From contig CM106586.1 in NCBI GenBank assembly GCA_048013815.1, positions 17,980,001 to 18,044,000 of the forward strand: a stretch of DNA of 64,000 nucleotides, read 5' to 3'. Positions 32,701-48,176 of the stretch are shown one piece after another. The DNA comes from Setoptus koraiensis. Lineage: Eukaryota > Animalia > Arthropoda. The first letter of the stretch is position 1, and each line of letters starts with the position of its first letter. A program made the position numbers and the translations under genes. The notes under the pieces are model-generated. The model ran no database searches. It was given only the letters and a program-made list of their open reading frames with translations, and had not been told where the DNA came from.

Positions 32701-35700
32701 TAACAATCTTTTGTTGTTGTTCGTTTGTCGACAATTGGCTTGCAAGTTTTGTTGCGCACACTAATACTTTTTTGTTGCGGTGCCGAATTAACGAGACGCT
32801 CGCTCACTAGCTCGCTGACTGAATAATAAAAATTCTGACATTTATCAAAAATAAAGTTGCTCATAAACGTCTCCTCTTCTTTTTATCCATCTTACGCAGA
32901 GCCGTACACAGTCGCTCGGCAGAGCCTACACACAGTCGCTTGGCAGATCCGTCGCTGCCAGTCGGCTGGCGGTAGTTTGCCGAACAAAGCTGCCAGTTTA
33001 TTAGCCGCACTAACAACAACAACAATGGCAACAGCACGATTGCGTAAGACAATTGAACGGGCATCGCCACAAGTGAGCCAACCAGCCAGCCAGCGAGCTT
33101 ACCACTAGGAGCAGGCGTCATTAATGTCAATCATTATTATATATATTTATCAGGTGATCATGGTTGCGTCTGCGTGCATGTCGACATCGCCGGCCGCCTA
33201 AATGGCCTGTAATGTGCAATGGTTGCCGTTGTTGCAATGATGGCACCAGCGATCACCATGGCGACGACCGGGCAGCGCCAACAACGACAGCAACAACAAC
33301 GACGGCAACAGCAGCAGCGCCAACAACAATGATAACGACGACAATAACAGCGACACGCAGGCCGGAATGAACAACAATGGCTACATCAATTATCATGTAA
33401 TTGTTGGCCGCGATAAGGGGCCATTCTTCGCGTTGTTGGCTGCTGCTGCTGCTGGCTGCCGCTGTTCATTTGTTATGCAAATACCTCAAGTTTGGCCAAG
33501 TGCGCACCAGTCACCGGGTGAGCGAGATTGGATCAGATTACTTCCGCTTGTTTTGATGAACAAGCGATGTAGAAATGTTAATTGTGCCGGCGCCCCCTCG
33601 CCCCATTATACGCAATGGCTGCGCCAATGGCTGCATAGGCGTATCGGCGCTGTCGGTGCTGGCCGCCAGTGACAGGCACTGGCACCACCACAAGCATTGT
33701 CGGCAAACAGACGCACACTAAGTGGCATGAGTAATTTGCACGTGCTGCCTACAACAACAACAACGAGAACAACAACAACTAATTCAAATAACTGAAACCA
33801 ACGGTCGCATAACGGTCTAGCACGCGTTGCTCGCTGCATGTGTGTGTGTGTGAGTGCCATATATATAAATGTTGCCATATATTGCGCCGTGTGTATAGAC
33901 GAAATATAGAGTACGTGCACTGTTGTTTCACAGTACGTGCACGCCAGAATTATAGGGAAAGGCTATTTTTGTGTAATGTTGTTCCTATTTAGTTAGTTTC
34001 ACTTTTGGGCGCAGCCTCGCTGGGTTTGCCTGGCGCCCGGCGGCCCCGGCACTGGCGCCGCCATCACGTGCACCCGCCGATGGGAGGTGGTGGACATCGA
34101 GCGCATAAATTACTTTTGCTTTGCTTGTCAACCGGAAAGAGGGAGTACACCCCTGCGAGATGCTGGCGCTGCCAGCGCGCTTATTAGTTGCGTATCGCTG
34201 GCGATATTGGTTTGTTGTTGTTGTTGGCTCGGAATCGCCCTTCCAGGCGGCGACGGCGGCGGCGGCGGCATTGCGAGGCGCCATTTCGAGGCCGCTCGCA
34301 GTTCGGGGCCGCTCCGTGGCCGCGCCGCTCGGGGCCCGGCCACCGGCCGCCAACTGCAGCGCGACCCGCTGACACGGCCGGCTCGGCGTCTCGTTACCGG
34401 CAAAAACTGGCTCGCTCCGGCGCTCGATGGTCTTCTGTTTATGACGTATCAAATTTGACAAGCGTCGCACGATCGCGCGCGCCCGTTACCATAGTGTGTG
34501 TGTGTGTGTGTGTAACAAAAAGATGGCTCTTATATATTACATAAGAGTGATATTTGTGAATGCGAGCGCGTATGTGCCAACATCAACGCCTAATTACGCT
34601 GGTGGCAATTCTCGCCCACGGTCGGCCCGCGGTCTATGCGGCGACCGTTATACGTTTGCCATACGGCTGCCAGCGGCGCGGCATAACCGTACTTTTTGCG
34701 TTGCGTTTGTTGGCGTCGAGTTGCTGTGACGCTCGCCGTAGCCAGCGCCGAACAGAGCCCAAAAAAGAGGCACCGTGACCGGCCTCGCCTATACTAAATT
34801 CTCGTGTAATTGGACTTGTATGCCGACAGGGGCCGAGATTAGCCCCAGGGCCCGGCAGCGCGGGCCCCAGCTAAATCACAAGATTGCTGCTGCCGCTGCT
34901 GCTGCTGCCGCCGTGTGTAACAAAATTGCCAAGTGGATACGTTGCACATGTAATTACATACGCCACGTGTTAGACATCAACCACAGAGTCGATTGCATTT
35001 GATGCCAAATAGCCTCGTTCTGGCGTGCCCTCTCCGGACTGCCGGCGCTGGCCCGCGCTGGCGCTGATGCGGCCGGGCCCCACCAACGGCACATTGTCGA
35101 CAAACAATATCGCCGGAACGTCGTTTACGTAACGTCCGCGTGCTGTGCGTCGCGTATAAGTGTCTGGCGTGTATTATTAAACAGTCGGCAAACACACTCA
35201 CAGTTGGCCGAGAGCGCAGAAATTATTTTTATTTTGTCATTTTTCCAATGGCGCAGCAGCTCGCTGTTGCCGCTCGGTCTTGAGCCGCGCCATCAAGTTG
35301 GCCGCTATCATATTGCATAAGTGTGGCCCGTTGCCGGGCCGGGCCGGCCCTCAAATTGATAAATATCATACCCACGGTCTGCATGTCGGTCATATAACCC
35401 GGTTACGCGGCGCATGATTGATCGGTTAATCGCAAGCGCACCACTCTAGCCGCAGTTTGCCCACGAGGCGAAAGTTTGCCCACGCCACAGTTTGCACACG
35501 CCACAGTTTGCCGGGGCCAGAGTTTGCCGACGCCCGGGTTTGCGATCGCAAAATATCGCAAACCGGCCAAGAGGCAACGGTCAAGTGAGGTGTCGCCAGC
35601 AGTGACCAGCGCACTCGGAACGGGCCGGGATTAATATGGCCATATGTTGCTCGTTGGCGCCGCATGAAAAATCACTATTTTGGGGCCCCTCTGGTCGCCG

Positions 35701-38700
35701 TTTATGGCCGAGCCAAACAAGTCAACTGCTGCTGCCCGAGTCCATCAATATGCGGCCGGAAGAGAATTAAATATACTGGTTATAGGCTGGCCGGGGTATT
35801 ATATTATACAATTATGTATATATTCGCACTCCAGTTATTCGCTGGCGGCCAAGTCAGGGTCGTGCGTCAACACGCGGGCAGCGTGAGTGCGGATGACCGA
35901 GCGGCCGGCCGGCCGGATTAGGCCTGCGTTTGCGGTACATATACCACCTGAAACCGGCGACGTATCGACTAGATTAGCCGCTGGGTCAAATGGTTCATAT
36001 GAACCGTTATTGTGTAACTGTGGCACTTGTTACAATGTTGATCGGATTTAATGCTGGCCAGCAGCAGCAGCAGCCGCTGCCGCCTCTGCCGACGCCGCCG
36101 ACGCCGCCGCTGTTATGTCATTGTTAAGTAGGCGGACAGTGGCGGCCATGATGTAACATAATTCCTTCGGCTGGCGCGATGCGGGGCCCACGCGCTTAAA
36201 TGGCGCACGGTGGCTCAAGTGGGCGCTCGATTGCGCCAATTTGAGTGCATGCGGCATTGAGAGAGTCGATTAGATTTGACGCCACTGGATAGCGGATACT
36301 GATATTGGGCATATTGAGGCAGAGCGACAGAGAAAATCCCCTGATGAGTGCGATACTCATATTCTTTCCTATTATCGTGTTGTGTTGTTCAGTTCATCAT
36401 TTTGGTGGCGCTGCGTCATCACCCTGTGTATGGCTGGCAGGCTCAATTCAATTTCTATCCGCTCACAGCTATTGACTATTGCGTCACAACAACAGCGCTG
36501 CCCCTGTTAAAAGTAGTGGTGGCTACATAATACATAAGCCATAAGTTTGCGATCATAGCGCTGCCATCGACAATATTCACCATAACGAAATGAACGTGAG
36601 CAAATGGTATCAGGTTACAATACAGCGGCCGCGATAGATGCAAAAAAAAAATTGTATTATATATGAAAGTGTCCTCCGCTGTATGTACGGGCAATAATAA
36701 TCCAGTGCCTGCTATTTGGGCAAAATCGGATGAGCCGTCGTTGTTCTTCGCACTGCGTGCGAGCATTTGTTGACGAAGCCACCGAAGCGACAAAAGTCAA
36801 CCCGGCGGGCGCCCCCCAGTATATTATGTAATGGCGCATCCGCCGAAGTGAGCAATTTCCCTTTTGCCACTTTGAAAAATTTCACTCTATCTCTCGCTCT
36901 CAATGTGTTTGTGTGTACCTAAAGTAATCACCATAGTAATACAATATTTGCATCACTCCTCGTGCACGTGCTTCAGTAGATAGTTTGGATGTTTGGCCAA
37001 GTTGTTGGGGTTATTTTGCGCCTTACGCAGCAGTGTGGCAGCAGTAGTATGGCGGTAATATGGCGCAAGCAGTATGGCGGCACTGGCAGTCGACAGTGGC
37101 AGTTATGCCGGCTCTTAGATTGAGTTTGCTGATTCTTGCTGCTTTTGTTTAGCGACACTAAAATGCTTGCCCGTGCACAAGGCCACATACGGGGGCCCAG
37201 GCGGAGCGATGTTTGCGCCGGCGACCAAGAAAGTCGCCTCTCGCTCTATCACTCTAGAGAGGGGCATATTGTTGTTGTTGTTTGCTCGCAACTTCGACAC
37301 TCGCAACCACTACTTGAATTGCTGCTGTTGTTGTCGGTGGTGCCGTTGTTGTCGCTAGTGCCGTTGTTGTCGGTGCCACCAAATGACTGCTGGTGCTGAT
37401 GCAATTTTGAAAGAATGAGCCAAGCAGAACAAGTAGTAGTCGCGCAATGATGACGTGCAGCCAGTTTCGGGCTAGTTTGTCCAACTCGCAACGCGGTGAT
37501 GAAAGCCCTGTCCTGTGGCTCTCTCTCTCTCTTATTCTTTTCTTGCTTGGCCCCTCTGCTTTGCCGGCTCGCTCCCCAAGAATGCTGCCAGCCTCTGATG
37601 CGCTCTCTGGCTCGTTCTCTCCGCTGAGCCTCGAGCCTTGTGCCAATAGTGCCAAACTACCAGTTTGTGGAATTCTCTAGTTGGCGGCCACCGCCAGTTG
37701 TCGTTTTAGCGAAAGGTGTTGCCAGTGCCATTAATGATGGCACTGCCAGCACTGGCGCCTCAAACAAAGCGCCCCTACATTAAAGCTGTCTATATCCCCT
37801 GTGTATGCCCCCACAGTGTGCTCGCCCCATAGTCGAGCGGCCGTGCTCGGGCCTTGTGGGCGCCCCCGCCTCCCTCTGTGTGACATTCTGAGGCATTCTC
37901 ATTTATACTTGTCCAGAGATTAGATCACTATCTCTTTTATTCTATATGACGCTATATGTGCTCCCTCTGTCTCTCTCGCTCTCCCTCTCGCTGGCTGCTA
38001 TTCTTGCGCAATTTGCTGCCAGTCATTCAGTCAACAACAAAAACCAGCGGCAGCAACAACAACACTGCCTAAAGTTGTATAGACGAAAGACGAGTTGAGT
38101 TGGATGAGTTCAGTCATTAGTGCCAGCGACACGTATCTATGTGAGAGGCAGAGAGAGAGAGAGAGCGCGTCCGCGTGTGTGTTTTGGGCCCTCCCGAGAG
38201 TAAATCATTTTGAAATAATGATCCCTAATCTCTGAATGTGTTCCGTTATTGGTGACGGGCGCCCTACTACTAGCGCCGCCACCACTACTACCAATGCAAC
38301 AGCAAAACAACAACGGCAAATTCTGCTGCTGCTGCTATTAACTAAACGGCAACAAAGGCGACAATGACGACAACAACCCAGGATTGGCTGCAATGATCCA
38401 ATCCTAGCCAGTTGTGTAATTTCTGCCACCATCTATCGATGTCATCATTGCGCGCTGTCTGATCAGTGCTCTCGTGGACTTGAGCTAAAAAACTGTACTC
38501 ACATACATTTGTATCTATTTGTCCATCTTGGTCACACAATGAAAACTATTATTCCCTTATCTCCTCATTTTTCTCAAACACCAATAATGACAATCACTCT
38601 ACTCGCTCTGGCTATAATAGACGTGTTATAATTTCACACTAGATGTCTCTATCGGTATTGCTTCTTTTAATGTTGCCTTGTCCATATCTAGTTAGATGGC

Positions 38701-41700
38701 TAGCGTTCGAGTGCCAGGCGCAAGGTGAATCAACAATGGCTCCCCATGCCAGCCCACGATACAAAAGGCAACACTATATCCCTGTGTATAACCATGTCAT
38801 TGTTGTGTAAACGTTTACATCATCGTTGTCGTCATACTTGTCGCTTTGTAATCAAACAATGCGACGAATACAGCTACATTTTGTGTATGTGTGCGTGTGT
38901 GTTTGATATCATCCTAATTCATCACATACTTGGTTTTTGTAGTTAGTAGCGAGAAGACAACTAACCCGTGTTGATCGTGGTGCTTTTGTTCGCGATTGCC
39001 TTGCTCTCGTTAGGGTTCCCTCTATTCAATTTTGGTTGCTTGCTGTTAGTGTTAACTAAAGCTGCAAAAGAATTGAGAGAGAATTATTTTGGGAATGTTT
39101 ACAAGCCTAAGGCAGTATCGACTGTCTAATACCAAAGACACACGGTGATTCCAATTTTACACTGACAATATACTGAAAATATATATATGTGCTTGTGTGT
39201 CTATGAATAGAAACAACCCGATACAACTATTGGCCACCATTGGCTCTTTATCTCTCGTCGATTCCCGATGTGGTCCCAAACAGTATCCAGCAGCCAGCAT
39301 CAAATAAATACTAGACTAGCTGATACGCGCACTCTCACCAGGTGTCTCTATAACTAGGTGTAGTCTCTTTAGTTTTTTGCTATTCTCAAAATGATAGTTC
39401 TTCCCTCTATTCTGAAACTTTCAACACGAATGATACTGCTGCTGCCGCCGCCGCCTGATCTTATTTCCATGTGTTTCGTTTGTTGTTTGTTTGTTTGTTT
39501 GCTGGAAACAAGTCTCGAAAAATACAATTTTTTCCATCCACCATATACTATATAACAGCAACAGCAACAGCAGCCGTAGCAGCAGCAGCAACAGTGGTAG
39601 TTGACATGTTTTCAAAGAAGAACTACTGGATAAATGTAGCTGCCATAGCTAAATGTTAGTGTTAAATAGTTGTCGTCCACCATCACCTCCATGCCAATTT
39701 GTTTTAGCTGTTGAACTTGATGTAACAACAGCGTCAGCAGCAGTGGCACTTAAATGGTGTAGAATATGTTGAATATGACATGATGTAGAAAAGTCTATAT
39801 AGTATCTCTTTGTTGATAAGCGTGATGCTAGTAATAGTAGTAGTGGCAGCAGTGGCAGTTGAATCATAATATCAACTATTACCATGGTTTCGTATGAAAG
39901 TTTTAAATTGAAACAGCTTGCTAGGGCTTCAGATGATGATGGATTTGGATGGTTGGTTATATAACTATTGAATCTATATAGTGTGATATACAATGAGTTT
40001 CCATCTTGTTTATCCATGGCATCATAGCGATCTCTAAGTAAATAACAAACACTACAACTGTTGTGTACTGTTCGTGTGTTTCGCGAATAGTTGCGTTGCT
40101 TGTAAATAAATATCCTCTCTCGCTCCCTCTCCCTTGGTATCCAGCCACTTATATAAGAAGTACGTGTGGTTTTCTGTCTCTCACTTACATGGGCAAACAG
40201 TTGGCTGCTGAAGCTTATAAGCAATATTAGAAACAATCTTTTTCCTTCTACTTACTTGAAATAAGTAGTTATTTTTGTTCAAATATCCTATTCAATATAT
40301 ATATATATTCTATTCTACAGCGTACGAGCGTTGTCAAACACTGGCGTGAATTGTTGCGTGTAGTAACAATTGAGTGAAATCTGATACCAAACAATTGTGT
40401 ATGTATGTAGGCGAATCCAGTCACTCTATGTTCAGGTGACTAAAATGTATACAATTGCAAACATTTTTCGCTGACCTGAGGTACAAATTCAACACACACA
40501 GACACTCAATATGACTGACCATCACAGTCCATTTAGGGCTGATATTTGTCTGGTGAGGTAGGCAGGCACCTGACTGGCACTGCTACATGTGGCATCATTG
40601 TTGTTAGTGGCAGCGTGCTAGTCGCAACTACTTGCCGTAGTCTTAAATCAATCATGGCAGTAATGAGATGTTGAATTGTTGCCAACAATTATCGTCATCA
40701 TTATTATGTTGTTATCAATGTTGCAACAGTGGCAGCAAAAAAAAATCTGATAATAATAATAATGGCAAGGTAAGCAGCATTGGCGTGATTCTATTGGATT
40801 CCAGTTTGGTCTTCACAGTATACAGTATACACAACGCCACACAGGTGAACACAATTGAACATTGGAAAATATTGACCTTTGTCCTGTGTCGCAATGGCTT
40901 GGATGATGCCACTGGGCCCAGCATTGCTACCCCCGAATGTGTGTAAAATTAAATATAAAATAATCATGTCTGTGGTTTCACCCTCTAAGCTTCCAGAGTG
41001 AGCTTATCCCGAATAATGGAATAATGGAGCCTGCAATTTGCCTCCGCTGCCAACAACGCTTACGTATTGGCTTCTTTTTCTTCTTCTTCGATTGTGATCA
41101 TCAACTAATAATGATAATAAAAATTATAAACAAGATGGCTTCATACGATGGCTCCGTACGACATACGATTACTTGGGTAGGCAGACGTTGCGATGATGAA
41201 CGTTTATTTTTGATTTTCATTCGCATCACAGTTTCAATGGGCAAGCAGCAACAGAATAGATGTTGTGAAGTGCGCACAACAAAAGGTCACGAATTCTATA
41301 CGCCATCCGCCATTGTGTGCCGTCTACCAGATACCGTGCGTGTTGTGCAAAGCAAAACATTTTCCATGCAGCACCAGAGCAATTTTCGCTTTCGAAAGCG
41401 AGAATCAATAATGAAAATAATGAAAACATTTCTGACGTGTCCACCGGCATCGCGAAGCAATCACGCGCCGCCATCAGCGTGCCGATGGGGCCAAACTTGC
41501 TGGCCACAGCTCTGAAACTTGTTACTTATTATCGTCATGATCGTTTATAGAAACAGATCAGTGTTGCATCATCATATTTTATGCTCGCCTTATTGCGAGG
41601 GGCCTTGATCAGTGATGACTTTGAACGGTTGTTTGGCAAACAATTGCAAACTGGCAACGATAGTGGCTGAGAATAAACTGCTCACACCACATTGCACCAC

Positions 41701-44700
41701 TGACAAAGTGGGGATAATCTCTGGCTAATCTAGCTCCGGTATTCATGGCAATTTTTTGTTAGAAAAAAAATCACATTTTAAATTTAGCGCGCCCCGGATT
41801 ATGTTGTGTTATGGACAGCGAAGACGACGTTATGATTGTAGTGCAGGCAGAGCCAATTGTCGTTGCAATTGTCGAATCGGATCACTTGGGCACCAGATCG
41901 TGCCAGTTCGATTTGGCGCGACTCGATTCGGTCCGGTTCAGACGCTATCGGATCAGCCCGTGTGTGTGTGTGTGCGCTCAAAGCCAAACGGAGGCAAACA
42001 CAACAAAATGGAACAAATCGAATGGAATGAAATCAAAGTGTTCGATTCGATCCCCAAACCAATCGAATCAAACGGTTTGCACAACTGCTAAATAAGGGGG
42101 CGTGACAGGCCCTTTGTTATAGCCAATTGTGTGATGCGGCCATTGTGTGCTTTTGCGTGCCTTTGGGTTGTCGCCCATTCGCCAGCGGTACACCGGTGGT
42201 AGACCGGTGCTGGATACGCGGTAGCGGTGCGGGGCATTTTGGGTATGGGACGAAGATGTGCGCTCGTGACCAAGTAATTAATTCTTTTGCATCAATCGTT
42301 TGATGTTGCTGCTGCTCGTTTTGTCCTTATCTCTTGAGTGTGCAAATTGTTAAATTGCAAATTATTTTCTATTATTACTATCTTTAAAATAAATCTATCA
42401 TTCATCGTCAAACTTTTATGACAACGAACAGATAAATTAATGTCAGGCGTGTCCTATTTATTTTTAATGGAATAATGGAATTGTGATGGACACACAAACA
42501 CACACACACTGTCCGGATTATCGCCAATAACACGCACACACAGACCCGTAGGTGACAATAGAAAACAATCACGGATTTGTCTCCGTCTCTCTCTCTCTAT
42601 TCATCGGATACAACAAGCGACCATGGCCACCTCAGAGATGCATGTTGACTGCATGTCACTTGGTCGCCTCGTGTGACAACAACGGCTCACAATAGTCAAC
42701 TTTACGACAACCACGACCATACGTGACCACGGATCAAATTATTTATCACCACCACCCTCACCAATCATGACTGACCAATTGTGACTGACCAGCAACGACC
42801 AGCCACAATTTTTCACGATCATCATTGTATCTTATATTCCAGCAACGCGGCAATTGTAACAACACAGTCATTAACACATCAACGTTTTATGGGCCAAAAC
42901 ACGTAGCCCCCGTGAATGAGACACTGGTTGTGTGCTTGCTGAAGAACGCTGACAATTCTGCTGCTGCTGCTGCTCTCGTTTATCTTATCTTATTTATTTT
43001 ATTTCAACTGACAATCATCACGTCGTCGTCGTCAGCGAACCAACCAACAAACGAAGATTCTGTGGAAGATTGTTGGAAAATGCTCTCTAAGACTATACAT
43101 AGTTTCATTGCTGCTGTTGCTGCTGCAACTGCTGTTGTTGCCGTTCTTGATGCAGGTCGTAAAAAGATTATCATCACTGTTGTGAGAACAGCTACCAGTT
43201 TCTAGCGTACACAGGATCATGTTGCTGCCATGATGCTGGTGGCAGTGGCTTCGAAGCGCGTCTACTCGTTGCTTTTTCAGCATTACTTCACACTACCTTG
43301 TGTGTGCAAGCTCACCTGAGCACCGGCAACAGAAGCAACAACAACATCTAAAACGATCGAACCAGGGATGATTATGATGATGCTACCAATGATGCTAGAT
43401 TTGATAGGGAGAGTCGTCGTCGTCGTCGTCGTCGTCGTGAAATGTAAATCGCCACTATCATAGTCATATCAATGGTGAGCAATCAGCATCACTTCAATTT
43501 GAAATTGAAACTCATGTTCATGCTCAAGCTGAAATGCTGACTGTTTGTCCGTTCTCAAACAGACTGGACACACACGCATACACACATGAATTCGCTTCTC
43601 TCAGTTAATAGGTTTTTAACTCAGACACAGCATAACAAACAATTCTGCTCAAAGATGAGGAAGAAAAAAGATTTAGATACATCCATTATAACAAACTGGA
43701 AACTTCTTGATACTGTCGTCAAAAATGACGACAATGTTTGATAGGATGCCTCAAAAGCAAACTGTGCAATGGCTGCAATACCAGCCACCAGCAATTTTAA
43801 CTACTTGTCCGTGTCGTCAATGACCAGAGGCCACTTCATTGGTCATCTTCATCATTACTGTCCACGATGGACGCGGAACAACATCATCAATGATGTTAAT
43901 AGTACTGAAATGGTAGTGAAAGATTTTATAATTGTCGATGCTAGGGATCAATTGGTCAATTTGGCCAGTTAAAGAGAGATAGAGAGAAGAAAAATAACAG
44001 CTACAACTGTAAAATATCAAATCAACTACTAACTAGTTCGGCTGTATCCTACCTATTTTGCACTATCATCATCAGCAGCATCTTGTACACACACACACGA
44101 GCACAGACATGTTTAATAGGGAAGCAATCGAAGAATGTGTATTCAATATATATTTTAGGCGGTGGTGTTGAGCGTCGATTGTTGCTTTGGGATTCTAGAA
44201 TTGACCTTGGGCGTCGTCACCACGCTCATTATAGTCTATGCCACCAACACCGTGACCATCACACAACATCGACCACTTCTCATCTCTTCTTGTTCATTTT
44301 CTTCAACTTAGAAATCTAACAAGATACTGATGGCGGTGGTTCTGATGCTGCTGTAGTTAGTGATGTTGATGCTGTTGCTGCTGGTAATGTGGATACTATG
44401 TCGATGGTGGACAAGAATAAAAGGTGGAGAAGGCGAAGAAGAAAACTAAAAAGAAAAAGAAGGAGCAGAGCAACGAATAATAAGAAGTCTTTGTTGTTGA
44501 TCATGGAAAATGATAGTTGCAAGTTGATATGGTCAAGAGAAACAGACGAGAGGAAGCAGCAGGAGTTTGGTCTGCAACGATCTACCGGTAGATCGACCAC
44601 TGACTGCTGATTTTTATCTTTAGCTGCGCCCCTTCTTCCATAGCTGAATAGCGAAGAGCAGCCTGAAGCCACTACGGTATAAGATTTAATTTTGATTTTT

Positions 44701-47700
44701 GTCGTCATCACTGCTGGTCCATCTAATCAATAAGAAGGCATGGAATGAGATTTAGCACTTTTTGCCAACGTTTTCTTCTGCTTCTTCATCTATGGTGCAC
44801 TGATGAAAACCACCACTGTTGGCTATGATCAGGCGCGACAACAGCGACATGTGTTGGCAGAGGCTATTGATAGGTGAGTTTCGTTTGTTGATTATTTATC
44901 ATTATCTAAAGATTGTAGCTTCTTGTAGCGTGTGATGCTGTGAACATCTTGAAGAACTCATGACTATGGACAAGAACGAGAGGAGAATCCTTATTCTTAT
45001 TATAATTGTAGCTGGGTAGACAGACACATTATATCACTGGACCCGATCATCTTGATCTGATTAAAGGTAGACGCTGGTGGTAGTAGCAGTAGTCGGCATG
45101 TCCAATATATGTTGGTTGTGACCGGCCAAGAATGGAACAGACAGGAGCAAACATCTTTCTACTGGCTGACGTATTTTCATCATGGCCAGTGACACAGAGA
45201 AGTGACCAGTAGTGGAACCGATCAACAGATTGTTATCTATCTAAAATCAAATCTAATTCTAGGCGAGAGCGAAAACTTTAAAGAGTAGATGGAACTGCTA
45301 CTTCAGTGAGAATAGCGAGATTTTTTATCTTGGAGCCTGGTGAATCGATCTCAAAAAACAGAATAGATTATTTCAGAGGAGTAGGAGTAGAGAGCGATAA
45401 AGAGCGTTATCTTGCGAAGAAATTTATCGTCGTCGTCGTCATATTTGTATATGAAAAATAATGCACTAAATATGGATTTTTTCTGTTCATCATTTTTGTT
45501 GTTGGTGTTGTTTTGAGAGCATCGGCTCACAGAAAAAGAGCACAAATTAATTATAGACTCGCCCTTCATCCCTCTATAATTTTCGCATGTGTGTGTGTTC
45601 GAGTATCCCTAAACTAATCAAGTGCAATTTGGGTTTTGCAATAATATTATTCTCTATCGGACAGACAATGAGAATAGGCTAGCCGATAACAGAGGATAGG
45701 TACCACTTTTGGTGCGCCCTGCAATTGGTTCGCAGATGCCCCGCAAACAACACAGAGAGTTCACCTCGAAAAGAACAGCGTCACTGGCGCGATATATTTA
45801 GGAATGGGATGTGGATCAAATAGTAGGAGAAAATAGTGGTAGTAGATGTAGTGGTAGTAGATAATAGAGGCAGACAACAACTACACATTAAAACAGTGCC
45901 TGTCAGTCAAAGTGGACTTTTGGGGAGGGGGACAGGACTTTCCACTTGTCAATCACATTGTATGCGCCATGGAGTAGTAGTAAGCGCACATTAAATATTA
46001 ATTCTCTCTACAAACTATGGTGTGTCTCATTGGATAAATCAATAGGATCGCCATATTAGCAACAACAACAACAACAACACTGGCACTACTATATTTTTAT
46101 TCTGAGATCACTGCTAGCTCTAGAAGATTTGGCTGTGTCTATGCACATGGAATAGAGAGTGAACTTGTTATTATCGCCGCTACCACCACCACTAGTGGCA
46201 ACAGACTCACACTAACACTGTAGAAGGCGAAACAATATTCATAATGGTTGTTGCAGGAAGCATCATTTAAATGAGAAAACTAGTCTTGGGAATGGCGGTG
46301 GTAGTGGTGGTGTTGGTGTTGGCAGAGAGAAAAAACCTATAATAGTTACATGGTTACCATGTTACAATTTCCATTGGGCATCATCATCATCATCATACAG
46401 ATCCAATCCAATTGGAACAACACCAGCGTCTATGGGATTTGGATCAGCAGTGCTGGCAGTTGCAACAGCATTTGATAATTGACAATCAAAATCAACAACT
46501 ACTACAGAACACACGCATCACATTTGCATTGTTGCTCGCTGGCTGGCTTGTTGTTGTTCTCTTTAAAAGTTTCCACACCACCAACACCACCACCACCGCC
46601 GCCGCCGCCACCACCACTAGCATCACCAGCACGACTAGCGCCATCACTATGGCCACTATCACCACCATGGTCCCGCTGACAATCATGATGATGAGAGTGG
46701 CTACGAAGCGAAGAAAATTAGAGGGAGAGAGCGAGCAACTCGGGGGCTTTGGCGATAGACAAAACAAATGCTCTATAAACTGGTCCATGTCCTCTGACCA
46801 TTGACCATGTCCGTCTGTTGCTCTTGGTCGGCTGGTCGGTCGGCTGGTCTGCCGGCCAGCCAGCCAGGCTCGTCCGGCCAGCAACCGCTGCCAGTTCGAA
46901 TCCAACACACCAGCGTAGCAAGTGGGCAAGAAAGGAACTAGTCGCAACACAGTTTGATTGACAAGCGAAACTTGACTGACAGGCCAAACTGATGTTGGCC
47001 ATTCCAAATGGGATGGTACGTGTACTCTCGTCGTTTGGCCGCTCAAAAGAACTACCCGAGAACTACAACTCCAGTTTAGTTTATCTCTCTCAAAGTTTGA
47101 CCATGGTCTAAAAGGAGCGCTGAGAGCAACGTATGTGCTTGGCAAATGGTCAATTCTTGGCAACTTATTAACCATCATTTGTTGTTAGCGTCTATCTACT
47201 ACATTTGCTCTATGTTGTGTGTTGTGCCTATACATTTAGCATAGCAACTAAACAGGCTTTATTATCCAGTTGAAAACGAAACAACAACAGCAGCAACAAC
47301 AACAACAACAGCACCAGCACCAGCACCACCGCCGCCGCTGACAGGTGGTGTTGCCCGCCACACATTATATAGGACTGTCTAGCTTGCCAGCCAATGACCA
47401 ATCTTTATAGGACAAGTAGAGTGGTGCTGGTAGTGTCTGCATCAATTAATTAGCCTGTGTGGTAGTGGCGGTCTCTGTCTCTATTTCTGTCTTGCTGGTA
47501 TTGTATTGCATGTAACATGAGCTGGCTTGAAGCGGAGCGGAGGCATTCCATTAGCATGTCCACTGCTCGCGACAACAACGACAACAACAACAACAACTGC
47601 AACTGCTGGAATGCAACAAACGTGTCCTAGCGAGCGATCTAGTCAACTAAAAGAATTCCATAAGCTTCCCCCAATGATGATTATGCTACTTATCTAAGGT

Positions 47701-48144
47701 ATGTCAAGTATCTCATCAAAGACGCAGTGCGAGAGATGTGCCAAGGAAGAGCCAGACTCACTTGATGTGTCTCTATCCCCAATAATGATCTAATCTTAAC
47801 TGTGCTCACGATTATCATCATGATGGCCAGCCAAAGGTAGTATACGTGTGTGTGTGTGTGTGTGTTGGTGGATATTAGACATGGATACGCTATGATGTTC
47901 ATGAACACTTTCGGATATCGAGATGCCGATCTCATAGATCACACACACACACACTCACAAACATTCTTGTTGCACAAAGGTGAACAGTTTTGCAATTAAT
48001 GTAGCCACAGCAGATAACTGCATACCATCATCGGCATATTATCGGCTCTCATAGCAAGAATTTCATCAATTTAAATTCTAATACTTATGTGTATGTTGTG
48101 GCGCATTCCATCGCGACCGTGGCTCACGCCATGCTGCCATCGCA

Positions 48145-48176
<32 letters not shown>

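Noticed and set aside
46894-46903. GTTCGAATCC resembling a tRNA T-loop
   Set aside because: The flanks do not form a T-stem or acceptor stem, and there is no cloverleaf.
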